A DNA stretch of 64,000 bases from a bacterium (GCA_963669175.1 OY769902.1:4256001-4320000); one strand, 5' to 3'. Numbered from the stretch's first letter, positions 29,695 to 39,205 are shown. Numbers and translations are program-made. The notes: generated by a model not told the origin, from the letters alone.

Positions 29695-30756
29695 TTATAC
29701 GCAGGCAGGATTGTAGTCTTGTTCTTTGACCAGCATGGCCCACAGTATCACGGCTAGTTTTCGTGCCATGGCGACGATCGCCACTTTCCGTGTTTTCCCG
29801 GCATGGATCGCATCGTATTTCTTCTTTGCATACGGATCTTTTTGCACCCAACGCCACGCAGCTTCGACCAATAGTTTTCGTAGATGGGACGGTCCCCAGT
29901 GGGTAATGTGTCCCATATGGCGTGTGTTGGCGCTTGACCATTCACACGGCGTCAAGCCAAGATGTGCGCCGACTTGCTTACCGGATGCGAAGCGTTCGGG
30001 ACGATACATCTCGGTCACGAAGGCGTTCACGGTCAGCTCGCCCACGCCTTTCACCTGGCACAGGCGCTGGGTACGGTCCCGATACGTTGCGGACGCATTC
30101 ATCGCCTTGATCGCTTTGGTGATCACCTTGAGTTGCTGTTCAATGGCCTCCAGCTCATCGAGAGCAACATCAATGGCTATCCGTGTCGCAGCCAGACAAT
30201 CACACGTTCCCAACCAGCGCCGGTATTCCTTTGTCCAATAGCGTTGCGGCGGAAACGGTGACTGTAAACCGTGAAACAATAGCAGACTCTTGATTCGGTT
30301 TTTGACCCGAACGCGATCATTCATCACCTGGTCACGGGTGCGAGACAACTGACGATCCGCCTCTTCCTGTTCTGTGGGGACATGTACCCAGGTACGAGGT
30401 GGTGTCCAGAACATGTGGGCCAAGGTAAGGGCATCCAGATGATCGGTCTTCTGCTGCTTCGCTTGCGCCCCTTTGGGAACTTGGCTGGGCGGCGCGATCT
30501 GGCAGTCAACACCTTGGCCGATCAGGTAACGACAGAGGCCAAAGCCGGTGAGGCCCGCTTCATAACACGCCCACATGCGGCAGTTGGGAAAACGGGCAAA
30601 GAAGCGTTCCCAGGCGGCTGAGTCATGCTTGATCCGATTCTCAAAGAGCACTTCACCAGTCTGGGTGTCGAGCACAACGGCGAAAGAAGTCTGCGAATCA
30701 ACATCCAGACCTATAGACAATGAACGGTCCGCTGCAATAACTTGGTTCTTCGACAT
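29695..30756 (-). CDS. IS110-family DEDD transposase/recombinase
   Basis: GLDVD, CYEAG, KTDHLDA RuvC-like DEDD; GVGEL, F.S.KQVGAHLGLTP.EWSS, G.ITHWG..HLRKLLVEAAW, AMARKL. Confidence 0.95.
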   Translation of the reverse strand: MSKNQVIAADRSLSIGLDVDSQTSFAVVLDTQTGEVLFENRIKHDSAAWERFFARFPNCRMWACYEAGLTGFGLCRYLIGQGVDCQIAPPSQVPKGAQAKQQKTDHLDALTLAHMFWTPPRTWVHVPTEQEEADRQLSRTRDQVMNDRVRVKNRIKSLLLFHGLQSPFPPQRYWTKEYRRWLGTCDCLAATRIAIDVALDELEAIEQQLKVITKAIKAMNASATYRDRTQRLCQVKGVGELTVNAFVTEMYRPERFASGKQVGAHLGLTPCEWSSANTRHMGHITHWGPSHLRKLLVEAAWRWVQKDPYAKKKYDAIHAGKTRKVAIVAMARKLAVILWAMLVKEQDYNPACV

Positions 30757-31146
30757 GGCGCTTCTCCTTGTGTTGGAAAAATGGAATACTGCTAAGATAG
30801 CAGTTCCAACACGACTTGATGCGCCTGTCGTTTAACATAGGAACTCGATTTCATTCCGTCATAATAGAGATTGCCGGGAAAAGGGGACGGGATCCTTTTC
30901 CTCGCGCTTATACAGAATATTTCTGAAGTATTTCTGGAAAAGGAAACTGTCCCCTTTTCCGTGTAATTCCTGCCTGCTCTCAAGAAAAAGGGTACAGCCA
31001 CCTTTCCCGGTCCATGCTCACAGCGGGAAGGCTTTACTTCAGGGAAAGGAAACTGTCCCCTTTTTCCATAGGCTTTTTCCTAGTCACCTATGAATCGTTC
31101 GTCGGATACTATCATGACGGTTTATTTTCAAGAGTAGCTATAATTC

Positions 31147-32607
31147 CTCGGTTTTGTTGAATTACTCAGGTCTTGCAAAAAGTAAAAGGCATGGTTCATT
31201 TTACAACCAAGAAGACGCCAAATCTCTTCAGTTGTAAAGGAGATAACCATGCCTGTCATAACATCGTCATTTTTTGAGTTACTTGCAAGTTTTCGTCCGG
31301 TGTTTCGGAAGCCTGTTTATGAGAATTTTGTACTGTTGGCTATCGGCGCTGTATTGAATTTCGGTCGTCAGACAGTCTGTCAGTTATTACGTGTATTTCC
31401 CGGACCGGTAGCGAAGAGTTGGTCTTGTTATCACCATTTTCTTTCGTCTGCCAACTGGTCCGCCCTGAAACTGGCAAAGATTCTCTGCTCTTTGATACTT
31501 GATCAGATTGCCGAACGTGATCCGATCCTTCTGATCGTGGATGATACCCTGATCCGTCGTTGGGGAAAGCATGTTTACCAGATATCCGTTCACCGCGATC
31601 CCGTCCGTTCGGGCAAAGCAGGGACAAAAGTCGTTTATGCTCGCGGTCTTCAATGGATGGTGATTTCGATTGGTTTGCGCACCCGTTATCGTTCGCAGAT
31701 CTGGGCGCTTCCTGTATTCGTGTTTCCGGAGATCGCCAAAAAGCGTGTTCCGGAATCGAAGTACCGCAGTCCTGTACACCTGATCATTCTCGGGGCGCGT
31801 CTGCTGCTTCGATGGTTCCCGGACCGCCGTTTCCTTATCCTTGCCGACGGTACGTTGAACTCCCACGAACTTCACCGTTTCGTGGCGAAAGAGAACCGTC
31901 TTGCTATCATCGGGCATTCGCGTATGGATACGGTGCTGCATGATCCGCCGCCTCCACCGAACGGGAAACGTGGACGTCCGCGCAAAGTCGGTGACCGTTT
32001 GCCCGCACCGGGACAAGAGGCGAAAAAGCCGGATGCTGCCTGGGAAAAAGCGTCTTGCCTCTGGTATGGGAACAAGACAAAAGACCTGTTGCTGCTTTCC
32101 GGTGTTGGCTGCTGGTACCGTTCCGGGGAAGATGTTGTCCTGATACGCTGGGTGGTGGCGCGTGATCCCGACGGCAAAAACAAGGACATTGTCTTATCTA
32201 CATCCAAAACAGACTTAACCCCGGCCCAGGTTGTCAGCTCATATGTACGACGATGGGCGTTGGAAACCACGTTTGAAGAGTCACGGAAACATCTGCGTAT
32301 CGAAACGACAGAAAACTGGTCAAAAAAATCGATTCAAAGAACAGTGCCCCTGCTGTTTGGCTTGTTCAGTCTGATGGTTGTTTGGTATAGTCAGCAGCCA
32401 GAGCAGAAAGCTGTTGCGCAAACAGAGTGGTACACAAAACTGGAACCCAGTTTCTCAGACGTGCATCAGGCATTGCGTGCTGAATTGTGGATGCAGGCGA
32501 TTTTTCCCGAATGCAAGCAGCCACGCGGATTCTTAAAAAAGAAAAGCAATATCCTTAAATTCCTTATTCACAAAGCCGCTTGATCCGCTAAAATGAGCAA
32601 AACCGAG
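31147..32607 (+). mobile_element. IS701-like insertion sequence with 8-bp TSD
   Basis: TIRs CTCGGTTTTGTTGA / TGAGCAAAACCGAG; direct repeat TATAATTC at 31139-31146 and 32608-32615. Confidence 0.88.
31249..32583 (+). CDS. DDE transposase (IS701/IS4 superfamily)
   Basis: LIVDDT, ILADG, Y..RW.LE..FEE.RKHL (YREK motif). Confidence 0.9.
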   Translation: MPVITSSFFELLASFRPVFRKPVYENFVLLAIGAVLNFGRQTVCQLLRVFPGPVAKSWSCYHHFLSSANWSALKLAKILCSLILDQIAERDPILLIVDDTLIRRWGKHVYQISVHRDPVRSGKAGTKVVYARGLQWMVISIGLRTRYRSQIWALPVFVFPEIAKKRVPESKYRSPVHLIILGARLLLRWFPDRRFLILADGTLNSHELHRFVAKENRLAIIGHSRMDTVLHDPPPPPNGKRGRPRKVGDRLPAPGQEAKKPDAAWEKASCLWYGNKTKDLLLLSGVGCWYRSGEDVVLIRWVVARDPDGKNKDIVLSTSKTDLTPAQVVSSYVRRWALETTFEESRKHLRIETTENWSKKSIQRTVPLLFGLFSLMVVWYSQQPEQKAVAQTEWYTKLEPSFSDVHQALRAELWMQAIFPECKQPRGFLKKKSNILKFLIHKAA

Positions 32608-32730
32608 TATAATTCCTAATTCAATCATATTAATTCTTAATTCTTAATTTATAATTAGACAAAGTCTTTCATCCTGTTCATCCTGTTCATCCTGTGAATT
32701 CTTGTAGTGTTACCTTGTGCGTAGAGAGAG

Positions 32731-32763
32731 AAAAACGCCTGAAGCCGAGCGGCATCAGGCGTT
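32731..32763 (-). terminator. Rho-independent terminator after flagellin
   Basis: AACGCCTGA..TCAGGCGTT hairpin followed by a T-run on the minus strand. Confidence 0.7.
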
Positions 32764-32787
32764 CCGTCTCATGGGGCGCTTCTGCGG

Positions 32788-33627
32788 CTACCCGATGAGC
32801 CCCGCTACCATTTGCGGAATCATGTTGGCCTGGGCCAGCATGCTAATACCGGACTGGAACAGAATCTGTGACCGGACGAAGTTGCTCATTTCGGAAGCAA
32901 TATCCGCATCACGAATCGTGGATTCTGAAGCAGTCAGGTTTTCCGAACTGATCTTCAGGTTTAACAGGGTATTCTGCAACCTTTCGACGTACGATCCCAC
33001 ACGGGTCCGTTCAGTGTCCTTGGTGTCGATTGCGCTATCAATCGAGCCAATGGTCTGCTGTGCGGACAGGGTGTTCAGCAGGTTGGTGCCATTCAAGCCC
33101 AACGCGCTGGAACGCATGTCACCCAGGTTGACATAGTAGTAGTCGTTGTTGCGTACGTTGTAGGTACCGATATGGAACTTGATACCTGTCGTACCGGAAC
33201 TGTAGTCCCCGTTGATGAGGTACAGACCGTTGTAGTTGGTTGTGTTGGCAATACGATCGATCTCTGACTTGAGCTGCTGGAATTCAACATTCAGGTAAGT
33301 CCGATCGAGGCTGGTCAGAGCGCCGTTTGACGCTTCGATAGCCAATGCACGCATGCGGATCAACTTCTCGTCGATTACCGACATGGCGCCTTCAGCCGTC
33401 GCCAACAGGTTGATGTTGTAGTTTGTGTTGCGCTCGGCCTCTTCCGTAGACGCCAATTGCGCTCGCATCCTCTCACTAACGGCCAGCCCTGCGGGATCAT
33501 CCCACGCGTAGTTCACACGGAGCCCGCTGGACAGTCGGTTTACCGCTGTGTCCAGATCGTTCTGGGTAGTCCAGATATTTCTCTGGGCGGTGAGGGAGAG
33601 GATGTTGTGGTTAATGCGGGTACTCAT
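32788..33627 (-). CDS. fliC: Flagellin (short, D0/D1 only)
   Basis: RINHN, RLSSGLRVN..DDPAGLAVSE, ES.IRDADIASEM, MLAQAN. Confidence 0.95.
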   Translation of the reverse strand: MSTRINHNILSLTAQRNIWTTQNDLDTAVNRLSSGLRVNYAWDDPAGLAVSERMRAQLASTEEAERNTNYNINLLATAEGAMSVIDEKLIRMRALAIEASNGALTSLDRTYLNVEFQQLKSEIDRIANTTNYNGLYLINGDYSSGTTGIKFHIGTYNVRNNDYYYVNLGDMRSSALGLNGTNLLNTLSAQQTIGSIDSAIDTKDTERTRVGSYVERLQNTLLNLKISSENLTASESTIRDADIASEMSNFVRSQILFQSGISMLAQANMIPQMVAGLIG

Positions 33628-33931
33628 GGGTATCCTCCTTGTTCCTCGGACCGCGCGGTCACCTGCCGCGACGTGTCCAACCCTGCGATTGTCCTGCTTT
33701 TACGTTTTTTTCCGGCAACGATAGACTTAGCCTGTGTTGCCTTCACAAGGGCAGAGAACTGGGGATATGTATGTAAACAAGGGGGGATGTACCCGTGGGG
33801 TGTAACTCACCTCCGCTGCTCGATCCGGATAACGCGTTTGAGCGACGCTACGGAATTGGCCGGGTTTCCCTGCAAGGGGAATGAACTGGCGATGTGTTGT
33901 CTAAAGAGCCACGCACTCGATTCACTTTTCT

Positions 33932-33960
33932 TTATCGGGATCATACATCAACAACTTTAG
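33932..33960 (-). promoter_or_regulatory. Putative sigma28 promoter of flagellin
   Basis: Minus strand CTAAA-N16-CCCGATAA. Confidence 0.7.
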
Positions 33961-34211
33961 CTTTTCCACGCCTCCTCAAGAGACAAACAAGAAGATACTT
34001 AAAGTTACTTCACAGAAATCTTTGCCCATCACAAACCCAACTAGCTGTTTTCACAGCATATTACAAACTTAAAGTAAAGAGGTAAAGATTCTGGTAAAAC
34101 TTCTTGCTAGACATACCCACTTACTTCAGAATATTCTCCTCGATGAGATGAATTCTCAAGGGTTCTACCTGAAAATGGGAATACACTGCGCTGGATTGCA
34201 TCTTTATTCGT

Positions 34212-35441
34212 ATGTTATCCTCCATGTCGAAATCGCCCGGAAAAATCTTTCAGACACGTAGCCTGACCGCGTTGTGGCTGGGACAGGTTATCTCCATGAG
34301 TGGCGATTCGATTTACCAGATCGGCCTTCTGTGGCTGGCGCTGGAATTATCCGCATCCAAAACAGTTACCGGGCTGGTCGCGATGGCGGCTTATTTACCG
34401 GCGATGTTACTGGCCCTCCCCGCCGGGGCGATCGCAGATCGTGCCAATCGTCGGACGGTCATGCTCAGCGCCGATCTTTTTCGGATGCTTGTTGTCCTGG
34501 TAATCCCGGTTGCAGCATCGCTGAATATCTTGAGCCCGGCCCTGCTTGCGGCTGATGCTTTCCTGGTTGCGATTGCCGCCGCGTTCTTCAACCCGGCACG
34601 AGATGCTGTTATCCCGCAAATCGTTCCGCCCTCGGGATTATTACGCGCCAACTCCCTGATTCAAACTTCCTGGCAGTTTGCCCTCTTGATCGGCCCTGCC
34701 TTTGCCGGACTTTTTCTGCAACTTTTTGGGCTGGTGCATCTTTTCACTGTAGACAGCGCCGCCTACCTGTTCTCCTTCGCCTGTATCCTGCTGATCCGTC
34801 CACGCCCTCTCGCAACCGAGCCGCGAAAAAAGGGGCTCAGCGTTCACGAGTTGCTGGAAGGATTTGTCTACGTGAGGAAGAGCCGGATACTGTTCCCGCT
34901 GTTGCTCATCACCATCGCGGACAACCTGTTCATCATGGGCCCGGCCATGGTTGGCACTCCGGTATTCGTGAAGGAGGTTATCCATGGGCAGGCAGACGAT
35001 TACGCGCTGATCATGGGTTGCTACGCGGTAGGCATGTTGATCGGGACGGCATGGCTGGTCACCCAGGGCGCTCGTTTCGGCAAAGGAAAAATCCTGCTCT
35101 GGGGAATGGTCGCCGATGGTTTTACCTTTGTTCCCTATTTCTTCGCACGCAGCCTTGAATCAATGGCAATCGTAACCATCATTCACTCCCTTGCCATTCC
35201 ACTTCTGACCGTGAGCCGCGCCTCCCTGATCCAGGAGATCACCCCGGAACGCCTGACCGGGCGAGTTTTCGCGCTGATCAGCCTGGCTGTTACGGGGATG
35301 ACAGCCATTTCCGCCGGAATCACCGGACTGGTCCTGGAATGGATTTCACCACCCGCCCTCTTCCTGATCATCGGAACCGTCGCCGGACTTTGTGGAGTCG
35401 CCGGGTTTGTTTTCGCGAAAGAAATTAATCGTTTTCATTAA
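34212..35441 (+). CDS. MFS transporter (MFS_3/MefA-like)
   Basis: LWLGQVISMSGD, GAIADRANRR, FFNPA..P, ANS, GRVF. Confidence 0.88.
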   Translation: MLSSMSKSPGKIFQTRSLTALWLGQVISMSGDSIYQIGLLWLALELSASKTVTGLVAMAAYLPAMLLALPAGAIADRANRRTVMLSADLFRMLVVLVIPVAASLNILSPALLAADAFLVAIAAAFFNPARDAVIPQIVPPSGLLRANSLIQTSWQFALLIGPAFAGLFLQLFGLVHLFTVDSAAYLFSFACILLIRPRPLATEPRKKGLSVHELLEGFVYVRKSRILFPLLLITIADNLFIMGPAMVGTPVFVKEVIHGQADDYALIMGCYAVGMLIGTAWLVTQGARFGKGKILLWGMVADGFTFVPYFFARSLESMAIVTIIHSLAIPLLTVSRASLIQEITPERLTGRVFALISLAVTGMTAISAGITGLVLEWISPPALFLIIGTVAGLCGVAGFVFAKEINRFH

Positions 35442-35476
35442 TTTACTGTCTTTTTTACTTTGTTACACACCATAAC

Positions 35477-37585
35477 CTACTTTATAAGAACTATCTTCTG
35501 TATTTTTAACATTTTTCCAGATTCTTTCAGCACTAGGTAATATATTCCTGTATTTAACTTATCTAATGATAAAGATATTATACTATTATAACGAGTTATA
35601 CACATTCCTTTTTTCTCTCTTACCATTCTTCCTTCTATATTATATATTTTCATATCTATTATCATTTCTTTATTAGTATACATTTCTATATTTACATTTG
35701 AATTAGATGGTATTGGATATATATTTATTTCTATATTTTCTGGTATTGTATTCGTATTTTTACTTCTTCCTTCCCCCACTGGCAATGAATATCCTATTTC
35801 TATAATATTATTATTTTCATTATTTTCTTCTATTTCATTATAACAATCTAATTCCCAATACATACTATGTTCTTCGTTATAATTTATTTCTCCTTCTTCA
35901 AATGGTCCCCAAAAGAATTGTCCATTTGTAAGCGCGTTTCTTACCCAATTATTATCTGTTTCATATAATTCACCATCTATTCCATATTTTACTTCCCATC
36001 CTATTGCATCTTCTCCTCCTATATTACTGTAATCTAATAACATGTATAGACTATCGTGATTGTTATTATCATCATATTCTATATTATCGTAATTTTCTAC
36101 TTCTGTAAATACTCCATTATGTCTCCATCCTATCCAGGCGTATTCTGCATATAGATCTGCTAATTCGTTATTCCCTGTTGCATATATTGAATTTGACTCC
36201 ACGAAACCAGAGACACCAAAACTATTTTCTGCTCGTATTCGATATTGGTAATAATTACCCTCTGCCACATTATAATCTGGATATGGCCCTTCTTGGTCAA
36301 CAGCGAAATTTGTTCTAAAGCTCCAATTAGTCCATGTTCCTCCTTCTTCTCGCTGACGGCGTTCTAACCTGAATCCGTCTTCATTATCTGAACAATCATC
36401 CCAACTCAATAATATATAGTCATCAGCATTATTATAATAATATTCGCCTAACAGATTATTAGGTTCATCTGGTGGCTCTCCCTGCTCATTTCCTGTTGCA
36501 TATATTGAGTTTGACACCACGAAATCAGAGACACCAAAATCATTTTCTGCTCGTATTCTATATTGGTAATAATTACCTTCTGCCACACTATAATCTGGAT
36601 ATGGCCCTTCCTGGTTAGCAGCGAAATTTGTTCTGAAGCTCCAATTTGTCCATGTTCCTCCTTCCTCTCGCTGACGGCGTTCTAACCTAAATCCTTCTTC
36701 ATTATTCGAACAATCATCCCATGCCAATAAGATATAATCATCACCATTATTATAGTAATATTCTCCAGTAATATCATCTGGCTCATCAGGTGGTTCACCT
36801 TGATTTATATATTTATTTAGTTCTATATCATCTAGATATACTCCATTATAGTCATTTACTGTAGCATCGCTTTGGAAAATAAATGTTATCCATACTTGAT
36901 CTTCGCCGCATACATTTCCAAAATGTGGTGCGTCTGTAAAATCAATAGATAATTGCACCCATCCATTAGAATTTCCACTGACTTGATAATAATAGTAATT
37001 TATACCATTCAAGGCGATTCCATACTTAAAATAATCATAATTAGATTCTGTTTCATAATTTACATAAAAAGTTAATTCCGCATCTGTTGCATCCGACAAA
37101 TCAAAAGGACCATAAGTCATCCAAGCATTCATATCATTTAGATAATGTCCACTGTTTGGGCTTATGCCATCCTCACCACCATCAGCACACCAGCCTCCCC
37201 AATCTCCCCAATGACTATAATGCGATTCATCATCCCAGTATGCATCTACATCTCCAAGGCTAAATATTTCCCAATCGTTCGGAAAGGCACCTTCAAAATC
37301 CTCTTCATGTATATTACACCATTCATCTAGCTCGTCAGATTGTATAATTGTATATGTATATATATTATTACATTTATTATCATTATTGTAATTGTTATTA
37401 AATATTATATTATTAACATCTAAAATAACACTTGCAATTTCTAAATCTTTACTGTAATTTTCTAATTCATTATGGTACAGTTTTTGAATTGCATACACGA
37501 AATGAAATTGAAACAATAGTGAAAAAATGGCGAGCAGTCTCAGGACTGCTTTTTGCAATTTCCCTAACTTCATGGCAACCTCCAA
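35477..37585 (-). CDS. Low-GC secreted protein: jelly-roll/MAM-like domain, two duplicated FN3 modules, CARDB-like segment, divergent T9SS-type tail
   Basis: Signal peptide, GPFDLS..LTF..ETESNYD..SNGW, YYQYRIRAEN x2, IEENNENNN, IYPIPSN..TGIYY; start may be 37573. Confidence 0.75.
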   Translation of the reverse strand: MEVAMKLGKLQKAVLRLLAIFSLLFQFHFVYAIQKLYHNELENYSKDLEIASVILDVNNIIFNNNYNNDNKCNNIYTYTIIQSDELDEWCNIHEEDFEGAFPNDWEIFSLGDVDAYWDDESHYSHWGDWGGWCADGGEDGISPNSGHYLNDMNAWMTYGPFDLSDATDAELTFYVNYETESNYDYFKYGIALNGINYYYYQVSGNSNGWVQLSIDFTDAPHFGNVCGEDQVWITFIFQSDATVNDYNGVYLDDIELNKYINQGEPPDEPDDITGEYYYNNGDDYILLAWDDCSNNEEGFRLERRQREEGGTWTNWSFRTNFAANQEGPYPDYSVAEGNYYQYRIRAENDFGVSDFVVSNSIYATGNEQGEPPDEPNNLLGEYYYNNADDYILLSWDDCSDNEDGFRLERRQREEGGTWTNWSFRTNFAVDQEGPYPDYNVAEGNYYQYRIRAENSFGVSGFVESNSIYATGNNELADLYAEYAWIGWRHNGVFTEVENYDNIEYDDNNNHDSLYMLLDYSNIGGEDAIGWEVKYGIDGELYETDNNWVRNALTNGQFFWGPFEEGEINYNEEHSMYWELDCYNEIEENNENNNIIEIGYSLPVGEGRSKNTNTIPENIEINIYPIPSNSNVNIEMYTNKEMIIDMKIYNIEGRMVREKKGMCITRYNSIISLSLDKLNTGIYYLVLKESGKMLKIQKIVLIK
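36172..36803 (-). repeat. Intragenic 318-bp (106-aa) tandem duplication
   Basis: QGEPPDEP...SNSIYATGN occurs twice with high nucleotide identity. Confidence 0.9.
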
Positions 37586-37711
37586 ATACTAATTTACAAC
37601 CCAAAAATCCTATGATGTGCTAAATCAAATAAAGGCTTGATAATCTTAATAGTACAAGCGTAACTTCTGGAAAGTTTGCGCAAATGCTGGAAAATTAAGG
37701 AGAGAGACCGG

Positions 37712-38575
37712 ATGGGTGTTTCAATTGAACCTGAGATTTCTCGAAAGCTGACCAAGCAGAGAAAAAAACTATTACTATCGCAATTTGAGCTCAGTCAAAA
37801 AGCGAAAGTATCCTTGAGGACAATTCAGGACATTGAGGGCGGGAGACGAAAGGCATTCAGTGAAGCTACATTACTTGCAGTATGCAGAGCGCTTGAGATT
37901 CCCTACGATTACCTTTGGGTCTCTGATGATGAAAATGGAAGCGACAATCATATAAGTAGCACAGAATCTGTTCACAGTACAACAAGAGGAAGAAATCTCA
38001 TCGATATTCTTAGAAAAAAATTTACGTTTGTAATTGTTGCAATAATATTATTAACAACAATAACTATTACAACACTATTAGTCATAAATAGTAATATATT
38101 ATCAAATAAAACTAAAAGATTTGATTGGGTAACTCTGAGTAGTAAGATGGTCATTGATCCAATAACTCCAGAATGGACAGAATGGCCGAATAAAATATAC
38201 AATAAAGAATGTTTTGCCTGCATTAATCATATTGAGTATTCTCGTACTACAAGCGCTAAAGACACAATACCAATGAGTATTCAATGGTCATGGTTTTATC
38301 CCCCACCTGCTAATACTGAGGTTTTCATAAGTGCCTATTCCTGCTGGGAACCTGACAGCGAGATCAGAATATGGCATGGCGACCTTACCAAAGAAGGAAC
38401 AAAGACAATTCCATTCATGCTCTTTGCCCCGGAGGTTCCAGGGATATATACGATTCGCATTTTTTACACAGAAGCTTTCGCACCTGTTTCAAACTACTAT
38501 GGCTCTCCACCCCCTAACCAGGTAACAGCTCCTTCCTATAGCCGCTATTGCGAGTTGGTGCTGGAAGTGTTGTAA
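37712..38575 (+). CDS. Membrane-anchored XRE/HTH_3 regulator with extracytoplasmic domain
   Basis: LSQFELSQKAKVSLRTIQDIEGG HTH, single TM (FVIVAIILLTTITITTLLVI), C-terminal APEVPGIY Ig-like region; ATG behind AAGGAG. Confidence 0.8.
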   Translation: MGVSIEPEISRKLTKQRKKLLLSQFELSQKAKVSLRTIQDIEGGRRKAFSEATLLAVCRALEIPYDYLWVSDDENGSDNHISSTESVHSTTRGRNLIDILRKKFTFVIVAIILLTTITITTLLVINSNILSNKTKRFDWVTLSSKMVIDPITPEWTEWPNKIYNKECFACINHIEYSRTTSAKDTIPMSIQWSWFYPPPANTEVFISAYSCWEPDSEIRIWHGDLTKEGTKTIPFMLFAPEVPGIYTIRIFYTEAFAPVSNYYGSPPPNQVTAPSYSRYCELVLEVL

Positions 38576-38806
38576 TAGCTTTCGTAGATATTGCTCATAT
38601 CAAAATGATACGGTAATCTCGTTTAACGACAGCGAATTATTTAACATACTTTGATACATAATCTTACAACGACAGCATCATACTACCGAGCCCCTTGAGT
38701 TAGAACTTCCATACTCGCCATTTTCCATCCTTATATTGTGCCTGGTTCGGGCAGAATTTTGCATAATTCAGACTGCCTGTGTAAGTGATAAACGTGACGT
38801 TGAGAC

Positions 38807-39157
38807 ATGCACGAATTCGGTTTGATTGCGGACATGGTTGCTCTGGCAGAACGTGAGATGGCTGCTGCCGGAGTAGCGGAACCGGCCTCGAAGATCACGA
38901 TTGTGGTGGGCAAGTTTTCCAGCGCCAGTCCGGAGGCGATGCGGACGGCGTTTGAGTTGATATCGCCGGAAACCACATGGCTGCAACAGGCGGAGCTGGT
39001 GATCGAGGAACCGTGGCCGATATGCCGTTGTTTGAGCTGCCATGCGGAAACACCTGTCGATCGTTATGTACCGGCTTGTCCGGTGTGTGGCAGCAACGAA
39101 TTTGAGCTTGAGGGCGGCGATGACCTTCGACTCGATTCGATTGACATAGATGATTAG
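38807..39157 (+). CDS. hypA: Hydrogenase nickel chaperone HypA
   Basis: MHE N-terminus, CLSC and CPVC zinc motifs. Confidence 0.95.
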   Translation: MHEFGLIADMVALAEREMAAAGVAEPASKITIVVGKFSSASPEAMRTAFELISPETTWLQQAELVIEEPWPICRCLSCHAETPVDRYVPACPVCGSNEFELEGGDDLRLDSIDIDD

Positions 39158-39205
39158 GGGATGGATTCACCTGGATCGATCCACCCGAAAACCGGGAGTA
39201 GCGCC

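Larger units (their letters stand above)
29474..30845 (-). mobile_element. IS110-family, IS1111-type insertion sequence
   Basis: Sub-terminal IRs CTATGTAAAC / GTTTAACATAG, CT core at both junctions (29472-73, 30844-45), empty target seen at 52762-52780, long 3' non-coding end. Confidence 0.9.
29462..31142 (+). mobile_element. MITE family 2 copy A (TATAGC-terminated, IS630-like ends), interrupted by IS1111
   Basis: Left end TATAGCTGTTCT|CGATTTCATTCCGTCAT, right end ATGACGGTTTATTTTCAAGAGTAGCTATA; 30844-31062 is ~90% identical to 52772-52990. Confidence 0.75.

Noticed and set aside
36172-36803. DGR template/variable repeat pair
   Set aside because: In-frame tandem domain duplication; differences are not confined to adenines and no RT gene is in the window
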